A stretch of 64,000 bases of DNA from Phallusia mammillata (Eukaryota). The stretch is taken from positions 28,520,001 to 28,584,000 of the forward strand of contig OZ281495.1 of NCBI GenBank assembly GCA_965637545.1, written 5' to 3'. Positions 60,101 through 64,000 of this stretch are shown here, one piece after another. The translations under genes were made by a program, and so were the position numbers. Positions within the stretch are counted from its first letter, which is position 1, and the number at the start of each line of letters is the position of its first letter. The notes beneath the pieces are model-generated. The model saw only the letters and a program-made list of their open reading frames with translations, was not told the DNA's origin and ran no database searches.

Positions 60101-63100
60101 GCCTGCTCTGCCGCACCAGCATCTCTTTCCGTCATACAATGCTAGCGGATGTTCTTCGCTTTGACAAACGGTCATGCAATTATGAGATGAGGTCACAATG
60201 TGGTGATTACTGGAAGGTAATGTCTTTGGTATTTTTATGCAACCAGCGTATCCCGAAGCTGCATGGTCCGCAGTAAACGACCCTGTTAAAAGCAGTGGTA
60301 ATGTAAGCGAAAACGGCGTTCCGAAAACCGTTTCAACGCAAATAAAGGTAGAATATGTATGCAATATCACAAATCTATTATAAAAACATAATTCTCTCAA
60401 TAATCTCTTCAATATTTTCTTTTATTTTTATTTCTGTGGCTTTGTTACAGTTCACAGGCTAAAAGTATACGTAAATGTTGACAAATACCTGGTCGACCAG
60501 GCAAGAAAAACTTTTTAATTTTATTACTTGTCATAAAATCATAAAGTTTATCACTGGTCATAAAAACATAAAGCACTTGAAATGTTGGCAAAGCATAACA
60601 AACTTTTAACACAATCTCCTTTAAGAAAATAGACTTCAACACTTTTTGCTCCTCCACAAGTCATCGGAACATCATCTTTGTCACTTCCTCCACCGCAAGT
60701 GATGTTGCACTGATCAGATAAAGTTCTAATATCGGCCAAATAGTGAAAATGTTTTGCACACAAACATTGAATGTCCTTTACAGCCGCAAATTTAAATCCT
60801 CTGAAATAAATTGGACAGTAAGTAAAATCAAATTGCATCTGACTGCAGTTGTAAGTTTTGAATCCCATTGTGAATTTGAAACAATTGCACATATAAACCA
60901 AATTAATGTCATTACTTCATTAGTTCTCACACGCATAAGGTGTTTATGTGTAAAAAGTGTCTAAAAAGGTAAGGTAAGCTTGTTTAATTACAAAATACAC
61001 CCGCTTGGATCCAGAAAACAATCATTACACGAAAACTGAAAGTATAAATGTTCAAAATATATGTCAGCAATTAGGGACGAATTTTTGTGACCTTAAAAAC
61101 CATTTCTCCTACCAACAGCAAACCGTATGATCCTCATCAGTTCGACTTTATTGTCGAACACCTCGATTTACCCACATTTAGGTAGGTTTTGTACCACTAG
61201 TACATTTTCACGGGCTTGAAGGTTATTTGTTTTTCCTGACTTACCACACTACAACTATGCGGGATTTATTGGAAGCGTCCCTTTCCTTTTTGTGTGTACA
61301 AAAGGACATCGATGGCACATTGTAGTTGAGACTTGTTTGTACTAGGACTTTATTATACTTGTTTAGTGACCCAGATCGCTAGCTATGGCGTTTCGAAGCA
61401 ACCAAATCTAGCAATCCTTTTTAGGCGTTAACTCCATAAAGCGCAATACTTGATCCGACGAAACAAGGCATTTAACAAATAAAAATATATATTCAAACAT
61501 AATAGTTGAGGAACCTATAAACTAGGGTTATACGAAAAGAGGTTGCTTACTGCATTAAGTATTAACATTTCACTTACTGTGTTCCACAATACGAAATGCA
61601 CCACTCATGGGTCATAAACTTGTATTTTGCAACCTGAATTTCTTTGCCAATTTTCTTTAATCCATAGTAACATCCAACATAAGATGCTAAAAAAGACGTT
61701 TCAGAATTAGCACATCTGTCCAGCGTCATTAAAATCAAACCATTGCCGCACTTTCACAAACGACTGTAATTCGTTCCTTGAACCGAGGTATTAACGTCGA
61801 TTGGATCCCAATTATCTTTCTAGAAAGTAAAAATAAATGTATCAAAACACAACCAGTAAAGAATAAACCCTGCATATTTAACCTACGTTAGTTTTTTAAC
61901 CTTATCCACACGCAGTTACTCATTAACTATCTTAGTGCGTTGTAGGACAAATTGGTTTTGGAACGAATTCTTGTGTGGCTTGTTAACATAAAACTACTCA
62001 TTCAACAATCAAAAAAATCTGTCACGTAGGCTATACCAAGCTAATCAGATATGCTTTGCTACCTTTTCTTATTTAAACCACACTTACGTTATGTTTAAAA
62101 CTTAGCAATAAACTAAAACGTAAGTAACAACATTAGGCCCAAAAAAATTTGTGGGTTTTTTATTTTGGACAAGACATTTGTCCATGTTTTGACGTTGTCC
62201 AAACACAAGCGCCACAACTTTTTATCACCACCTATGCTTCTAGGGCAGTGCTTGTCAACCTTTTTTGAAACGGTACAACCTTTTAACGTTTACACAAAAT
62301 TTGTACACCCCAGTAAAAAATTTATTCAACCCTGTAACACACTGAATCTGTGGTCCTAACAGAGATGATGATGAGCGCAATAACAACAAGCCATAATCCA
62401 TAATTCATTTTCTACATCTGAAAGAACCACCATTAACAACGATTATCAAGCAAAATATTAAATTATGATGTCACAAATAGAGTTTTGTAACTGAAAAAAA
62501 TAACACTTGAGATGCATGTTGTGCCATGTATTGTACATTCCAGTCAGTCTGTTCTAAAACTGAAAACTGCCTATTGTGATACCTGGTCATAGCTATGTTA
62601 TGTTTTGTATCTGGTACACCCCAGTACACCCCCATCACAGTGGTACACTCTTTAAAAATTATGGTACACCCTGGGGTGTACAATACACCCGGTTGAAAAG
62701 CACTGTTCTAGGGTACTTGAACGTTTGGTGTACTGAATAAGAAAAATCATTTAAGTTGAGATAAGAGTTTATTTCGCCTGGAGAACATAGCGACACCATA
62801 GCACCTAAACAATAACCAAGCCGGAAACAGCTGCCCAAAGTAAAACGTTATGGAGCACATTTGGTGGATAATGCTTGAACGCGCAGCAGCTACACCGTTC
62901 AAACACATTGTGCTGCAAGGCTGCCTTAACTGGTTCGAACTGAACCTACAAACACAAACTTACTAATATACTGCAAAATATGGTCACATACAACAAACGA
63001 CAACGACATACCTTTTAGATTCCACTTGAGAAGGTGCACCCCAAATGACAGTTTGCGATTCGTGATGATAACTTACATTGTAGAACAAGAACGTAGCCAG

Positions 63101-63163
63101 AGCAACCAAAACAATCCCTCCAAAAATCTTCCATTTGCTCAACAACAAAGACGGTGAAGTCAT
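57194..63163 (-). CDS. WSCD: WSCD copy 7 (type A), apparently intact (512 aa)
   Basis: Exons 63163-63012, 61819-61752, 61686-61578, 60800-60604, 60282-60096, 59736-59498, 58432-58223, 57570-57194; exons 4-8 are near-identical to copy 5. Confidence 0.9.
58626..58838. mobile_element. hAT MITE in intron 6 of copy 7
   Basis: TIR cagtggttcaaact / agtttgagaaccactg; TSD cattaaat. Confidence 0.88.
62246..62705. mobile_element. hAT MITE in intron 1 of copy 7
   Basis: TIR cagtgcttgtcaacc / ggttgaaaagcactg; perfect TSD ttctaggg; empty site near 26154. Confidence 0.9.
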
Positions 63164-63378
63164 TGTCTTAGAAACTAAACTAAACCGCAGCTGGGGCGTA
63201 GGCACCCATACTTAAGCGTACAGCTAAATGCTTTAACAGGTCATAAGTGCTCAAAAGCGCCCTCTTCGGGAATGCTTTTGTTCGGATATTTGTTTGTTTT
63301 GGGGTAGTCCAGATCCAGTGAAGGTGTTTGTAGACCATACAAATAAACTACTACTTGGAGATAACAATTACCTATGTG

Positions 63379-63495
63379 CAGGGTTGGGTAACGAGTCCTA
63401 TCAGTCGAGTCTCAAGTCAAGTCAAGTCTTTTTACAGATGGGATTCAAGTCAAGTCAAGTCTTTGAAAAAGGTGACTCGAGTCTCCCCATCACTG
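63379..63495. mobile_element. Short hAT-like MITE with caagt repeats
   Basis: Ends cagggttggg / ccccatcactg; TSD cctatgtg / cctatttg; empty site near 26798. Confidence 0.75.
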
Positions 63496-63957
63496 CCTAT
63501 TTGTTACCCGATTAACGATTCAAACCAAACGCATTTTATGGCAGCTAAGACATCCACACGTTGTGTAGCAAAACATCGTATAAAACTTGAATAACGTACC
63601 CAAGTTATAATTTGTTTTTGTGCCTTGAGAGTCATGTATAACTATTTATGTCACAAGATCTCTCGAATTTTGGCCAGTAAGCTTGATTGAAAAATTTAAG
63701 TTTGCACATAAAAATGTAATGCTGACACTAAAGGTCAAAACTTTGAACTGTGTTAGCTGCTGGGACAATATCCGATGATGTCGGATATGTACTTCAAACA
63801 GTTCGGTGAACAAAGATAAAAGCGGCAAGAAATTTTACCAGTCAGGGTTGAGTGCATTTTCACAAGGTGATCATTTCTTGGTTATGATATTTTTCCGTAA
63901 GATTGTTTTTCACTTTTCCCACTGCTTTGTTGACTGATTTTCCGTTTCTAACGGTTC

Positions 63958-64000
63958 GCCATTTCATTTCTGCCCTTTTTGCGTAAGGCGGCAAATCTTA
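63958..64000 (-). pseudogene. Relic WSCD exon 8 (third copy, cut by the window edge)
   Basis: gcgtaaggcggcaaatctta and its flank match the 27277 and 50441 relics, implying the array continues. Confidence 0.7.

Noticed and set aside
1-64000. CRISPR array, prokaryotic defence island, rRNA, tRNA or snoRNA
   Set aside because: The DNA is spliceosomal-intron eukaryotic. The repeats are gene duplications and TIR elements, not repeat-spacer arrays, and I saw no convincing structural RNA motifs apart from the hammerhead-like pair.

Overview
Eukaryotic, AT-rich genomic DNA with short GT-AG introns. A compact invertebrate deuterostome (tunicate-like) is my inference only. Most ORF-track entries are exon read-throughs or noise, so gene models were rebuilt by hand from splice signals, exon phases and paralog comparison. 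(1) 121-7622, minus strand: 16 exons of a JAM/CTX-like immunoglobulin-superfamily gene with an unusual signal peptide-V-C2-mucin linker-V-C2 layout. It runs off the left edge, and its intron 2 holds an inverted pair of Penelope-type minimal hammerhead-ribozyme motifs. (2) About 8-15 kb: no gene I can resolve, plus non-autonomous DNA transposons. (3) 15.3-64 kb: a tandem array of seven 8-exon WSCD-family genes (signal anchor, 2 WSC domains, sulfotransferase). Copies 2, 4, 5, 6 and 7 look intact, copy 1 has an exon-1 frameshift and copy 3 is a pseudogene. There are also three relic last exons and an orphan exon 2-3 pair. Two 5' types (A and B) alternate and the copies are mosaics. Copy 4 is inverted, with both breakpoints in copies of one hAT MITE whose 8-bp target duplication is split between them. 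Many TIR elements have empty sites in paralogs (hAT MITEs, a deleted Buster-type hAT, a decayed ISL2EU element, unclassified elements). No rRNA, tRNA or CRISPR was seen.
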